Below are positions 8,889 to 19,497 of a stretch of DNA of 64,000 nt, piece by piece. Origin of the DNA: Pontiella sp. (lineage in GTDB: Bacteria > Verrucomicrobiota > Kiritimatiellia > Kiritimatiellales > Pontiellaceae); contig JBNKHE010000010.1 of assembly GCA_050290185.1 (NCBI GenBank), positions 32,001-96,000 on the forward strand, in the 5' to 3' direction. Position 1 is the stretch's first letter. Every line of letters begins with the position of its first letter. Under the pieces are notes generated by a model. It had not been told where the DNA came from, did not search any database, and saw nothing but the letters and a program-made list of their open reading frames with translations. The translations under genes were made by a program, and so were the position numbers.

Positions 8889-10726
8889 TGAAACATGCTG
8901 CCAGACTCAAATATCTGTTCCTTCTGATGCCGTGCTTGCTCGGGTGCACTCTGCATGCGGCGGATCGGCTGCCTACGACCGTGGCCTCCCCGGACGGGAA
9001 GCTGGAGGTGACCTTGACCGCCGCTCCCGACGGAACCCTGTCATATTCCTTCAAGGCGGAGGGAAAGGAATGGGTCAAGCCCTCTCCGACGGGATTGGCC
9101 GGCGGTGCTTTTAAAAAGCTGGCCCGTCGTTCGGTGGACTCCGTTTGGAAGCCGCTCTGGGGCAAGCGTACGCAGGTTCCGGAGATGTTCAACGAGATCG
9201 CGGTGGACATGAAATCCTACAAGTTCTTTGTCCGGGTCTACAACGACGGCATGGCGTTCCGCACGGAAGGGGAGAGTGGCGGTCCGGAAATGACCCGCTT
9301 CAATTTCTCCGGGGACTATACGGCTTGGTACACCAACCTTGAACGCCACAACATCGGTCCCGAAAAACTCTCCGAGGGCAGGGGGAAACGGTTGCCCGTC
9401 ATGACGATCCAGGCGGACGGCCGGGTATTCATGGCCGTGCACGAGGCGGATCTTCCGGATGGCGCCGAGCCGATGCTGCTCGAAGTCGTGCAGGGCGAAA
9501 ATGCCGTCAAGGTGTGCACCCGCCAGAGTTCGGCCTGGCGCGTGATCATGTTCGGGCATACGCCCGGCGCATTGGTCGATTCCGATCTGCTCGAGCTGCT
9601 CAATCCGCCGCCCGAAAAAGGGATGGACTTTTCGTGGGTCAAGCCCGGCATCGTGCTGTGGGACTGGCGGATCAACGGGGCCAAGGTGGACGGCTTCGAC
9701 TACCACATGGATTATCCCTCCTGGATCCGGATGGTCGATTTTGCGGCGGAGGAAGGCTTTCCGTACCTGATGCTCGACGCCGACTGGTACGGCAAGGAAT
9801 TTGCCCGCGAGTCCAACCCGACCACGGGGGGCTACGCAGGGGATGCCCGGAAGCTGATCAAGTATGCCAAATCGAAAAACGTTGGTATCTGGCTCTACAT
9901 GAACGATGTTGCCGGCAAGAACTACCCGATCGAAGAGACGTTGGCAACCTACCACAAGTGGGGAGCAGCCGGTGTCAAATACGGGTTTATGAGAGGGAAC
10001 GAAACCGAGAAGAACGCCTGGACGCAGAAGATCACGCGTCTGTGCGCCGAGAATGAGCTTTTATGCGACTTCCACGACGGACCCGTCCACCCCTTCGGCC
10101 AGTACCGGACCTGGCCCAATGCCCTGACCCGCGAGTTCTGCCAGGCGCAGCTCGACGGCCACAAGGTGTTCCAACCCAAGACCTTCGTCACGAGCGTCTT
10201 CGTCAACATGCTCGCCGGCCCGATCGACATGAACAACGGTCTCGCAGACCTCACCCAGAAAGGCCGCGTGGACCATGGCGTGCCCGTGCCCTCCACGCTC
10301 ACCGCCGAGATCGCCCGTACGCTGATTGTTTTTTCGGGGGCGACCGTTATTCCGGATATCCCGGAATACTACCGGAAGCATCCTGAACTGCTGGCATTTC
10401 TCGCAGCCGAAAAAATGCCGTGGCGCGAGAGCAAGACGCTCGACGGCGTCATTGGCGAATACATCGTCATGGCGCGACAGGCCGCCGACGGCGCCTGGCT
10501 GGTCGGAGCCGCTACCAACGAGGATGCGCGGGAGCTGGATGTATCGCTCGGGTTCCTGCCCGAAGGCCGGTACGCAGCCATGGTCATTCAGGACGGTCCG
10601 GAATCCGACTACCGCACCCACGCCGAAGACTATCGGGTGGAGAAGCAGGAAGTCTCTTCCTCTACCACGCTGCATTTGAAACTGGCCCCCGGCGGCGGTG
10701 CGTGCGTTTTGATCAAGAAACGATAA
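8885..10726 (+). CDS. GH97 glycoside hydrolase (alpha-galactosidase/alpha-glucosidase family)
   Basis: VASPDGKL N-terminus, RVYNDGMAFR, SWVKPG, GAAGVKYGF, RTWPNALTRE, LAGPIDM, C-terminal LAPGGGA. Confidence 0.9.
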   Translation: MMKHAARLKYLFLLMPCLLGCTLHAADRLPTTVASPDGKLEVTLTAAPDGTLSYSFKAEGKEWVKPSPTGLAGGAFKKLARRSVDSVWKPLWGKRTQVPEMFNEIAVDMKSYKFFVRVYNDGMAFRTEGESGGPEMTRFNFSGDYTAWYTNLERHNIGPEKLSEGRGKRLPVMTIQADGRVFMAVHEADLPDGAEPMLLEVVQGENAVKVCTRQSSAWRVIMFGHTPGALVDSDLLELLNPPPEKGMDFSWVKPGIVLWDWRINGAKVDGFDYHMDYPSWIRMVDFAAEEGFPYLMLDADWYGKEFARESNPTTGGYAGDARKLIKYAKSKNVGIWLYMNDVAGKNYPIEETLATYHKWGAAGVKYGFMRGNETEKNAWTQKITRLCAENELLCDFHDGPVHPFGQYRTWPNALTREFCQAQLDGHKVFQPKTFVTSVFVNMLAGPIDMNNGLADLTQKGRVDHGVPVPSTLTAEIARTLIVFSGATVIPDIPEYYRKHPELLAFLAAEKMPWRESKTLDGVIGEYIVMARQAADGAWLVGAATNEDARELDVSLGFLPEGRYAAMVIQDGPESDYRTHAEDYRVEKQEVSSSTTLHLKLAPGGGACVLIKKR

Positions 10727-10777
10727 GCGAAACAATCCAATGACGCGTGTGAAAACAATCCGCATGAGGGCGGTTGA

Positions 10778-13700
10778 ATGAGTAGACGTTTCGGCATTTT
10801 TTGCTTGGTTGCCGGGACGGCCCTCCTTTCGTTCGCCGCGCCGGCGGAGTCCGCTTCGACGATCCTGACGGACAACGTGGTCGAACTGCGCGAGACGGTT
10901 TCGCCGCAGGGTTTCGTGCATCCGGGTATCAGTTGCAACGCGGAGACGCTCACTGTCATGCGCGAGAAGGTGATTGCGGGCGTGTCGCCGTGGGTCGACT
11001 ACTTCGAGGGAATGCGCCGTACCCGTTATGCCGACCCGAATCGCAGGCCTGCGCGTGTCGAGCAAATCCTCAATGATGGTGGCATCAATGGTCTGGCTCA
11101 TGATGCCCAGCTCGCATGGGTGCAAACCATTCTCTACATCGTCACCGGCAACGAGGAATACCGGAAACTCCCGGTGGAAATCATCAACTGGTATGGCTCG
11201 CGGACGGAGGTTGATTTCTTCCCCGAATACTTCACCGACAGTCATATCAAGATCGGGAAATACGTCTACACCCTGTGCAGCGCCGCGGACATCCTGCGGG
11301 CCACTTCGCCGAAGGATGAACGGCTCGCCGTGACGCCGGCGATGATCGACGCGCTTCAGAAAAACTGCATCCATTCGATCCGGAAGAACTGCATCGAGCG
11401 CAACGACTACTTCATGAACCAGCATACCTATGCGATCATGGGCTTTCTCGCATCCACGATCCTTGGTGATGAGGTGGAGGACTATAGGAAAGCTGTGGAG
11501 TGGACGACCGTCAACTCGACCACTCCAAACCGGGGACGGAGCGGAGATATCAAGAATCAGATCCGCCTGGTCACGCGCAATGACAAAACCGGCGAAGCCG
11601 TCGCACCGAATCTTCAACTGATGGAAATGGGCCGCGACATGCCCCACGCGGAGGGCAACATCAATAATTTGATGATGATGTCGAAAACGATCGATTTTCA
11701 GAAAACGAAAGTGGATCCGGTGGCCGGCACGGTCACCGACAAAGCGGATGGGATTGCGTGCATTCATTTTCTGAACGACCGCCTGCCCAAAGGGGCGGCG
11801 TTGTATGCGAAGTTTAATCTGGGGTACGGACTGCCCTGGGTGCCGAGCTATTCCGAGACCGATCCCGATCATCCTGACTATGGGGGGCGCTATGACTATA
11901 TCAGTCCCCGGGGACGCGGCGCGTACGGCAAGGCTTTGCATTACTATTATCTTAAAGGGGTCGGGATCGATATGGAGTCGGGGCCGTGTCGCTTCGTCAA
12001 AGTGGCGTTTGATGCCACGGCGGCCGGCCATGAGCGGGCACGCTCCGGTGTCTATTTGGACAGTATCCATAATTATGGTTTCGATTTCTGGATCGGGCTC
12101 CCCGCGGCCGCATCCGACGCTGCGCCTGACCCAAAGAAAGCGAAGCGTGCGCTGTCGACCGTGCTTCCGCCGTTGGAAGTGACCTATGAAGGCAAGCCGG
12201 TGGAGGGTCAGCAATTCGAGTATCAATTCGTTGATTTGTCGGCTCACGCCCAGCCTGGAGACATTTATCCCGGTTCGCCGGACGACATCCCCTTGCAGGT
12301 TCGACATGATGCCGATGATACCGGTTATGTCCGCATGACGATCAAAAAGGAACCGCGTACCATGGTGCTCTCCAGCCGGTTCCCGCGGGGTTCCGCGTTG
12401 CGGGTGCGCAGCGACGCCTTCGTGAAGGTGGGTTTCTACCACGACGAGAAATCTGCCATGCGCGGCGGAGACAACCGGGATCTCTACATTCCAGATACGA
12501 AGGGCGAGTGGATCGATGTGATCCCCGACGTTGACGGAAACGGCCTGCTCTACATCCAGGTTACGCCTCTGACGGGGCCGGGGATCATCGATTTCGATCG
12601 CATTGATACCGAAACGGAGCAGATATCGCAGGTCAAATTTGATGCTCCCGGAGCATCGGAGCCGATTACGACATACGTTGGCGCACCCGTTGTGAAAAGC
12701 TACAAGGCCACCCCTAACAAGCACCTGCATGGCGGGGCTGGTTGGATGGCAGGCCGGTCCGGACCGGCCCTGTGCCTGAGCGGCAACCGGCAGTTTGCCA
12801 GTCTGAAAGAGGGTGTGGTCAGCGATTTGAACTCCTTCAGCATCAGCGCATGGGTGAAACTCGATAGGGTCGCACGCTGGGCGCGTATTTTCGATTTCGG
12901 AGACGGCCACGACAATTACATGTGTTTAGCAGCATCAGATGGGCGAGGGCCGAAATTCGTCATTCGAACCCAGGACGAGGGAGAACGGTCTGTGTCCGGA
13001 ACGAAGTCGCTTGAAGCGGGCGTCTGGGAGCATGTGGTGGTGACTCTTTCCGGAAACACCGGGACGCTGTATGTGAATGGCGAAGAAACGGGCCGGAATT
13101 CGAATATCACGCTGCGGCCATCCGACTTGGGTAAAACCAGCCAAAACTATATCGGCAAATCACAATGGCCGGATCCGTTCCTGGCCGGGATGGTGGAGGA
13201 TTTCACGATCTTCAACAAGGCGCTGAGCGCAGATGAGGTCAAAGACATTTACGCCGGCAAAGCGCGCATTAAGGCGACGAAACGGCGGGTGCATTACAGG
13301 TTTGACCCTGCCACGCTTCGAAGCGTGGGCAGCAAGGACGAGGTCCGGCACGCGGTCGTGAATCGGCCTGCAGGGGCCATCTTCGATCAAGAGACCGGCA
13401 GGTTTGGATGGAAACCCACCGCAGAGCAGGTGGGCGATCATGCGTTCTACATCATCGCCCGGGCTGACGATGTTGTTCAGACTCTTCCTGTGCAGATCCA
13501 TGTCGCTCGTGACGAGCAGGCGGCGCTGGACTATGTGGCTCGCGCCTATGATTCGACGCAGCAGTATGTTTCGGCTACCGAACAGGCGTTCAAGGCGGCG
13601 CTGGAATCCCGTGACACGCCCGCGCTGCGGCGGGCCGTGGATGGATTGAAGCTTTTGAATCCGCGCCTGCCCGATGGCACATTGGATTACCGTGTGGCGA

Positions 13701-14764
13701 AGTGTACGCGGCCACAACTGATCAAGATCGATAAGATGGCTGATGACGACCCGTTTACCTGGGGCGGGATCTGGGGATTTGATAAGAACATCACCATGGA
13801 TTTCGGGAATCACTTCAAGGTGAAATCCGAAGCGTTCCGCCTCCTGACCCGCGATGGTTTTCCTGCCCGCATGGCGGAAACCGTAGTCTATGGATCGAAT
13901 GACCGCCGGCACTGGACGTTGTTGACCGAAACCAAGACCGTAAAATCCCCTGATTTCCAGAGTTTGACGGTCAAGGAGGAGGAGCGGAACAAGGCGTATC
14001 GGTATCTCCGCCTGTTCATGCCGGCCAAGCCGCTTCCCATTTTCGAGGTCGCGGAGTTTCGCATTATCGGCGAACGCATCGAGGATTACAGCCCGGACTA
14101 CTCTGTCGCGTATATCAAGGGATATGACGACGGCACCTTCCGCCCGGATCGGAACATGACGAAGGCCGAGGCGATCTGCGCGCTGGCCAATCTGGTGGAC
14201 TTCTACACGGACCGGGGCGTGTACACGTGTGATTTTACCGATGTGCCCACGAATGCGCCGTACTACGATGATGTGGCCTATATGTCGAGCAAGGGCATCG
14301 GGGATACCTGGGAACAGCCGGTGAAGTATGTCACCGGCGACGCGGAAAACCGCTTCCATCCAGAGGAACCGATTACACGTGGAGAGCTGGCAGGCATTAT
14401 GTCCCGGATGCAATGGTTGAAGGGGGCTGATGGCCCTGAATTGAATGACGTTGGCGACGACACCCCGCATGCCGCCGAGATCCGGCGCGTCGCGCGGGAA
14501 GGATGGCTGACGGCCGATGAAAACGGTGCCTTCCATCCCGATGCTCCGGTGACCCGTGCGGAGTTCGTCGTGGCCGCCAACTGCATGACCGGGCGGAACA
14601 CCTCTCAACCACCGGGCGAGGGCATGCCGACATTCTCCGATGTGAACGCCGCACACCCCGCCTATGTCGATATCATGAAGGCCACTACCACGTATCCGGT
14701 GCAGGCGGGCCCAGTGGAATCTTCTTTCGTAAAGGACTCAAACAAAATCAAAGGACACCAATGA
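10778..14764 (+). CDS. Large secreted modular protein: N-terminal alginate-lyase-like helical domain, LamG, Ig-like, F5/8-like and C-terminal SLH repeats
   Basis: FVHPGI...FMNQH...EMGRDMPHA resembles an alpha/alpha toroid lyase. FSISAWV...WARIFDFG...WEHVVVT is LamG-like. IKGYDDGTFRPDRNMTKAE, FHPEEPITRGE and FHPDAPVTRAE are SLH-like. Confidence 0.7.
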   Translation: MSRRFGIFCLVAGTALLSFAAPAESASTILTDNVVELRETVSPQGFVHPGISCNAETLTVMREKVIAGVSPWVDYFEGMRRTRYADPNRRPARVEQILNDGGINGLAHDAQLAWVQTILYIVTGNEEYRKLPVEIINWYGSRTEVDFFPEYFTDSHIKIGKYVYTLCSAADILRATSPKDERLAVTPAMIDALQKNCIHSIRKNCIERNDYFMNQHTYAIMGFLASTILGDEVEDYRKAVEWTTVNSTTPNRGRSGDIKNQIRLVTRNDKTGEAVAPNLQLMEMGRDMPHAEGNINNLMMMSKTIDFQKTKVDPVAGTVTDKADGIACIHFLNDRLPKGAALYAKFNLGYGLPWVPSYSETDPDHPDYGGRYDYISPRGRGAYGKALHYYYLKGVGIDMESGPCRFVKVAFDATAAGHERARSGVYLDSIHNYGFDFWIGLPAAASDAAPDPKKAKRALSTVLPPLEVTYEGKPVEGQQFEYQFVDLSAHAQPGDIYPGSPDDIPLQVRHDADDTGYVRMTIKKEPRTMVLSSRFPRGSALRVRSDAFVKVGFYHDEKSAMRGGDNRDLYIPDTKGEWIDVIPDVDGNGLLYIQVTPLTGPGIIDFDRIDTETEQISQVKFDAPGASEPITTYVGAPVVKSYKATPNKHLHGGAGWMAGRSGPALCLSGNRQFASLKEGVVSDLNSFSISAWVKLDRVARWARIFDFGDGHDNYMCLAASDGRGPKFVIRTQDEGERSVSGTKSLEAGVWEHVVVTLSGNTGTLYVNGEETGRNSNITLRPSDLGKTSQNYIGKSQWPDPFLAGMVEDFTIFNKALSADEVKDIYAGKARIKATKRRVHYRFDPATLRSVGSKDEVRHAVVNRPAGAIFDQETGRFGWKPTAEQVGDHAFYIIARADDVVQTLPVQIHVARDEQAALDYVARAYDSTQQYVSATEQAFKAALESRDTPALRRAVDGLKLLNPRLPDGTLDYRVAKCTRPQLIKIDKMADDDPFTWGGIWGFDKNITMDFGNHFKVKSEAFRLLTRDGFPARMAETVVYGSNDRRHWTLLTETKTVKSPDFQSLTVKEEERNKAYRYLRLFMPAKPLPIFEVAEFRIIGERIEDYSPDYSVAYIKGYDDGTFRPDRNMTKAEAICALANLVDFYTDRGVYTCDFTDVPTNAPYYDDVAYMSSKGIGDTWEQPVKYVTGDAENRFHPEEPITRGELAGIMSRMQWLKGADGPELNDVGDDTPHAAEIRRVAREGWLTADENGAFHPDAPVTRAEFVVAANCMTGRNTSQPPGEGMPTFSDVNAAHPAYVDIMKATTTYPVQAGPVESSFVKDSNKIKGHQ

Positions 14765-15762
14765 AAAAGCTTAGAATCCCCATGAACCTGGCCGCAATCC
14801 TCGTCGCGGCCTTCTGCTTATCGCTTCTGGTTCCGACGGCGGCCTCCGCCGCGACCCTCGGCGGCTACCTGTTCGTCACCTTCCATGGGCAGGAAACCCC
14901 CATGGACGAACAGATCTACTTTGCGCTCAGCAAGGACGGCCGCAACTGGAAAGCCCTAAACGACACCGAGCCCGTCCTCGTGAGCCAGCTCGGCGAAAAG
15001 GGCGTGCGCGACCCCTATATCCTGCGTTCGCACGACAACAAAAAGTTCTTCATTGTCGCGACCGACCTCTCCTGGGCCATTAACCGCAGCGTAAGCCGCG
15101 CCATCCGCGCCGGCAGCAAATCCCTTGTGATCTGGGAGTCCCCCGACCTGGTCCACTGGTCCGAACCGCGCCTCGTCAAGGTTGCCCCCGACGACGCGGG
15201 CTGCTCGTGGGCGCCCGAAGCCGTCTACGACGTGGAAAAGGGCGACTATCTTGTCTTCTGGGCCTCCACGACCGGGAGCGACAACTTCGCGAAACACCGC
15301 ATCTGGGCTGCCCGCACCAAGGACTTCAAGACCTTCGGCGAACCCTTCATCTACATCGAAAAGTCCAACACCGTCATCGACACGACCATCATCCACGACG
15401 GTCGCAATTACTACCGCTTCACCAAGGACGAAAGAATCAAGGCTGTCAGCATGGAAACCAGCCCGAAGCTGATGGGACCGTGGAAGGACATACCCGACTT
15501 CTCCCTCAATAACCTCCGCGGCTATGAGGGCCCCACGTGCTACATCGTCAAGCCCGCCCGCAAAGGGAAGCCGGCGACCTGGTGTCTTGCCCTCGACCAT
15601 TATGCCGCCAGGGGAGCGGGCTATGAGCCGTTTGTGACCGACGATCTCGCCTCGGGCCAATTCACCACCGGCGAAGGATTCACCTTCCCGTTCAAATTCC
15701 GCCACGGCTCGGTCATTCCGGTGACGAAAGAAGAATATCGACGCCTGGAAGCCGCCTATTGA
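14761..15762 (+). CDS. GH43 glycoside hydrolase (single five-bladed propeller, secreted)
   Basis: GYLFVTF, GVRDPYILRS, WAPEAVYD, VIDTTI, YEGP, FRHGSV. Confidence 0.85.
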   Translation: MKKLRIPMNLAAILVAAFCLSLLVPTAASAATLGGYLFVTFHGQETPMDEQIYFALSKDGRNWKALNDTEPVLVSQLGEKGVRDPYILRSHDNKKFFIVATDLSWAINRSVSRAIRAGSKSLVIWESPDLVHWSEPRLVKVAPDDAGCSWAPEAVYDVEKGDYLVFWASTTGSDNFAKHRIWAARTKDFKTFGEPFIYIEKSNTVIDTTIIHDGRNYYRFTKDERIKAVSMETSPKLMGPWKDIPDFSLNNLRGYEGPTCYIVKPARKGKPATWCLALDHYAARGAGYEPFVTDDLASGQFTTGEGFTFPFKFRHGSVIPVTKEEYRRLEAAY

Positions 15763-15812
15763 CCCGGCGGAAAGCTAACGATTTAGACTGGATTGAAAAA
15801 GAGGAGCAATGG

Positions 15813-17432
15813 ATGAAAAGCAAGTATAGGTTGGCCGCATCCGCGGCATGGCTCGTTCTGGCAGGCGCAGCAGGGTGCTCGGCCGGCGATATCTCTCCGC
15901 CCGATCCGTGGGGCAATTGGCCGCAGTGGGGCGACCAGGGCAACGGAACCTACCGCAACCCCGTTCTTCCCGGCGACTACGCCGACATCGATTGCATCCG
16001 CGTCGGCTCCGACTACTACGCCATCTCGTCCACCTTCCAGTATTCGCCGGGCATGGTGATCATGCACTCGAAGGATCTGGTCAACTGGACGATCGCCGGC
16101 CACGCGATTAACGATGTGACCGAAATCAGTCCCCGATTCAACTGGGACCGTATGAACGGCTACGCCCGCGGGGTGTGGGCCGGGGCGATCCGTTACCATG
16201 ACGGGAAGTTCTGGGTCTACTTCGGCACGCCGGACGAAGGCTATTTCATGACCACGGCGAAGGATGTGGCAGGGCCGTGGGAGCCGCTCCACCAGATGAC
16301 GAGGGAGAGAGGCTGGGACGATTGCTGTCCGTTCTGGGACGACGATGGCCAGGGCTATTTCGTTGGCACCCATTTCAGCGACAACTGCAAGACCTGGCTC
16401 TACAAGCTCACGCCCGACGGTCGCGACATCATCCCCGAGTCGCGCGTCCTCATCAACGAGGGTGCTCACCGCGAGGCCAACAAGCTCTTCAAGGTCGGCG
16501 ACACCTATTACCATTTCTACAGCGAAGTCGATCGCGGCTACCGCTACATAATGATGCAGCGCGCGAAGAGCATCACCGGCCCCTATACCGAAAAACAACA
16601 GCTTAGCCACATCCAGGCCGAATTCCACGAGCCGAATCAGGGCGGCATCGTGCAGACCGAAAAGGGCGACTGGTATTTCCTGACCCACCACGGCCACGGT
16701 GATTGGGAAGGGCGCCCCGGCAGTCTGCTTCCGGTCAATTGGGTTGACGGATGGCCGGTTCTCGGCAAGGTCGGCGAGGACGGCATCGGAACGATGGTCT
16801 GGGGCGGGGAAAAGCCGATCAAGGGAACGCCCGCCGTCGTACCGCAGTCCAGCGACGACTTCGACGGCCCGGCGCTCGGCCGCCAGTGGGAGTGGAACTT
16901 CCAGCCGCGCATGGACAAGTGGTCGCTCTCCGAGCACCGCGGCTTCCTGCGCCTGCACGCCTTCAAGCCGCTACGCGAGGACCAGCTCAAGACCGCCGGC
17001 AACACGCTTACGCAGCGTTCCATGCGCACCACCAGCAACGTCGCCACCCTCGCGCTGGACATCTCACACATCGCCGACGGCCAGGTCGCAGGCCTCTGCC
17101 ATTACTCGGGCCCCAACTCCACCATTGGCGTGCGTCGCGAGGGGAAAACCATCAAGATTGAGTTTTCAGTGAACGGAACGTTCACCCAAGGTCCGCGCAT
17201 CACCTCCCGCAAGCTCTGGCTCCGTTCCACCTGGGGTCTCGACGGCCTCAGTCGCTACGCCTACAGCACCAACGGAAAAACCTTCACCGAGTTCGGCGAG
17301 CCCTACCAGCTCACCTGGGGTGATTATCGCGGCGACCGGATCGGTATCTTCACCTACAACAACAAGGACGAGGAGGGGTATGTGGACTGCGATTCCTTCA
17401 CCTACCTCTACGACTCGCTGGCAACACGATGA
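15813..17432 (+). CDS. GH43 beta-xylosidase/arabinofuranosidase with C-terminal beta-sandwich, probable lipoprotein
   Basis: ATG at 15813 after GAGGAG; LAGAAGC lipobox-like; NPVLPGDYAD, WAGAIRYHDGKF, QGGIVQT, SDDFD...WEWN. Confidence 0.85.
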   Translation: MKSKYRLAASAAWLVLAGAAGCSAGDISPPDPWGNWPQWGDQGNGTYRNPVLPGDYADIDCIRVGSDYYAISSTFQYSPGMVIMHSKDLVNWTIAGHAINDVTEISPRFNWDRMNGYARGVWAGAIRYHDGKFWVYFGTPDEGYFMTTAKDVAGPWEPLHQMTRERGWDDCCPFWDDDGQGYFVGTHFSDNCKTWLYKLTPDGRDIIPESRVLINEGAHREANKLFKVGDTYYHFYSEVDRGYRYIMMQRAKSITGPYTEKQQLSHIQAEFHEPNQGGIVQTEKGDWYFLTHHGHGDWEGRPGSLLPVNWVDGWPVLGKVGEDGIGTMVWGGEKPIKGTPAVVPQSSDDFDGPALGRQWEWNFQPRMDKWSLSEHRGFLRLHAFKPLREDQLKTAGNTLTQRSMRTTSNVATLALDISHIADGQVAGLCHYSGPNSTIGVRREGKTIKIEFSVNGTFTQGPRITSRKLWLRSTWGLDGLSRYAYSTNGKTFTEFGEPYQLTWGDYRGDRIGIFTYNNKDEEGYVDCDSFTYLYDSLATR

Positions 17433-17470
17433 GGCTCCGAATCAGCCGCAGCTTTGAACAAAGGAAAATC

Positions 17471-19408
17471 ATGAAAACATTTCAGACCGCTATAAAACTA
17501 ATCGCAACATTCGCCATGGTATCGGGTGCGCCGCTGCGGGCCCAGACGGCCGAGCCGGCTCCCGGCGCCAACGGCGTGATCCTCGGCTCGTGGAACTCGC
17601 AGGTCGAGTTCGACGCCATCCAGGTGGTCTGCGGGAAAAAGACCGTGCTGAAAGATGCCTTTTCTCGGGAAAATTCCGGATGGAACCGGGAGGGCGGCGA
17701 GTGGAAGGTCAAAAACGGCGTGCTGCGTCAAAGTTCCTCGGCCGCTCCGGCTCTCATACGCTACCCCTTCACCTGCGACAACCCCGACTACACCGTCCAG
17801 GTGCGCGCACGAAAAACCGGCGGTGCAGAAGGGTTTCTCATTGGCTTCGGCGCGCAGGATGAAGAAAACTACTACTGGCTGAATCTCGGCGGCTGGGGCA
17901 ATGCCCGGCACCAGTTGCAAAAAACCTGGGTAGGGAGCCGTTTGGAAATCGGACCGGCAGTCAATGGAACCATCGAAACCGACCACTGGTACGAGATCCG
18001 TATCGAGGTCCGGGGCGACCTGATCACCTGCTTCCTCGACGACCAGAAGATCATCGAGACCCGCGACGAGAATGGATTCGAAATGCTGTCGTATGATGAT
18101 CTCGGTTTCGGCCGGCCGCTGATTCCCGATTTTGTTGCCGATCCCAGCATCGTGGACATCAATGGCGTCTTCTATTGTTACGGCACGACGGACGGCTGGG
18201 GCCAGCACCTTTCCACCTCCGGAACGCCCGTGGTCTGGACCTCGCGCGACTTCGTCAACTGGAGCTTCGAAGGCTCGATCTACCCCGACAACTTTGATTC
18301 CAAATACTGGGCGCCCAGTGCCCCGTTCGAACACAACGGCCGCTACTACCTGTTCCCGACGCTGGACGGGCAAATCACCGCCACCGTGTCCGACAGCCTG
18401 ACTGGTCCCTTCAAGACCCTCGATGGCAAGGACATCTATCCCGGCTCGGGCTGGAAGCCGTATCCTATCCATCAAATGTCTTCCATTGACGCGGAAATCT
18501 TCCGCGACGATGACGGTCAAATTTATATGTTCTATTCCCGACGCCGCGTGGTGAAGCTCAAGCCCGACCTGTCCGGCCCCGACGGTCCGGTCATCACGAT
18601 TAACACGGGCGAAGGCAACTATTCCGAAGGCCCCTGTATTTTCAAACGCAAAGGGATCTACTACTACCTCTACACCCTCGGCGGGGGAGAGAGCTATACC
18701 TACGCCTACCTGATGAGCCGCGAGTCGCCGATCGGCCCCTGGACCATACCAGAGAACAAAATCATCTCGCAAACCGATCCTTCGGTCGGCATCTATGGTC
18801 CGGGCCACGGCTGCTTCCTAAACCCGGACGGCACCGACGACTGGTATTTCATCCACCTCGAATTCGGCCGCAGCAGTACCTACCGCCAGACCTTCGCCCA
18901 GAAGATGGAGTTTAACCCGGATGGTACGATCAAATCGATTAAGCTGACCAATCAGGGGATTGGCGCGCTGCGCGAAGGTCCTGCGCGCGGGCCTAATCTA
19001 GCGCTTGAAAGCTCCGCCACGGCCTCCTCCATCCGTCCAGATTCGAAGATCCGTTTCACGCCTCCGGCGCCCGGCCGCACCGAGACCTTCTCTCCCGAGC
19101 TCGCGCTTGACGACTCCAACGGCACCCGCTGGATGGCCGAGCCCGGCGATGCAAACCCCTGGTTCCAGGTGGATCTCGGCGAGCCGCGCAGCATTTCGAG
19201 CACGGAGGCCTATTTCGTGAAGCCGGCTGCCGGCCATGCCTACAAGCTCGAATGGTCACTCGACGGCAAATCCTGGAAACCGTATGGCGGTCACGACGAT
19301 GTGATCCTTCGTTCGCCGCATCGGGATGAAAAGAAGGTCCGTGCACGCTATCTGAAGCTGACCATCCTGAAAGGCGAACCGGGCCTCTGGGAGTTCCGGG
19401 TATATTGA
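17471..19408 (+). CDS. Modular GH43: N-terminal DUF1080/LamG-like beta-sandwich, GH43, F5/8 (CBM32-like) domain
   Basis: ATG at 17471 after AAGGA; FVADPSI, YWAP, SIDAEIF, YSEGP, GPGHG; C-terminal PWFQVDLG...ARYLKL. Confidence 0.85.
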   Translation: MKTFQTAIKLIATFAMVSGAPLRAQTAEPAPGANGVILGSWNSQVEFDAIQVVCGKKTVLKDAFSRENSGWNREGGEWKVKNGVLRQSSSAAPALIRYPFTCDNPDYTVQVRARKTGGAEGFLIGFGAQDEENYYWLNLGGWGNARHQLQKTWVGSRLEIGPAVNGTIETDHWYEIRIEVRGDLITCFLDDQKIIETRDENGFEMLSYDDLGFGRPLIPDFVADPSIVDINGVFYCYGTTDGWGQHLSTSGTPVVWTSRDFVNWSFEGSIYPDNFDSKYWAPSAPFEHNGRYYLFPTLDGQITATVSDSLTGPFKTLDGKDIYPGSGWKPYPIHQMSSIDAEIFRDDDGQIYMFYSRRRVVKLKPDLSGPDGPVITINTGEGNYSEGPCIFKRKGIYYYLYTLGGGESYTYAYLMSRESPIGPWTIPENKIISQTDPSVGIYGPGHGCFLNPDGTDDWYFIHLEFGRSSTYRQTFAQKMEFNPDGTIKSIKLTNQGIGALREGPARGPNLALESSATASSIRPDSKIRFTPPAPGRTETFSPELALDDSNGTRWMAEPGDANPWFQVDLGEPRSISSTEAYFVKPAAGHAYKLEWSLDGKSWKPYGGHDDVILRSPHRDEKKVRARYLKLTILKGEPGLWEFRVY

Positions 19409-19497
19409 CGAAGAGCAATCTGGAGCCAAGTCTTCAGGCTATTGCAACGTGACGAAAATCCGATTTTACAGAAGATGATAAAAAGAGGTTCGAATTC

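Noticed and set aside
10061..12910. 949-aa minus-strand ORF and other long antisense ORFs (13160..14656, 28074..29969, 31625..33211, 39780..41147)
   Set aside because: Typical stop-poor antisense frames of GC-rich genes; the sense strand carries the family motifs.
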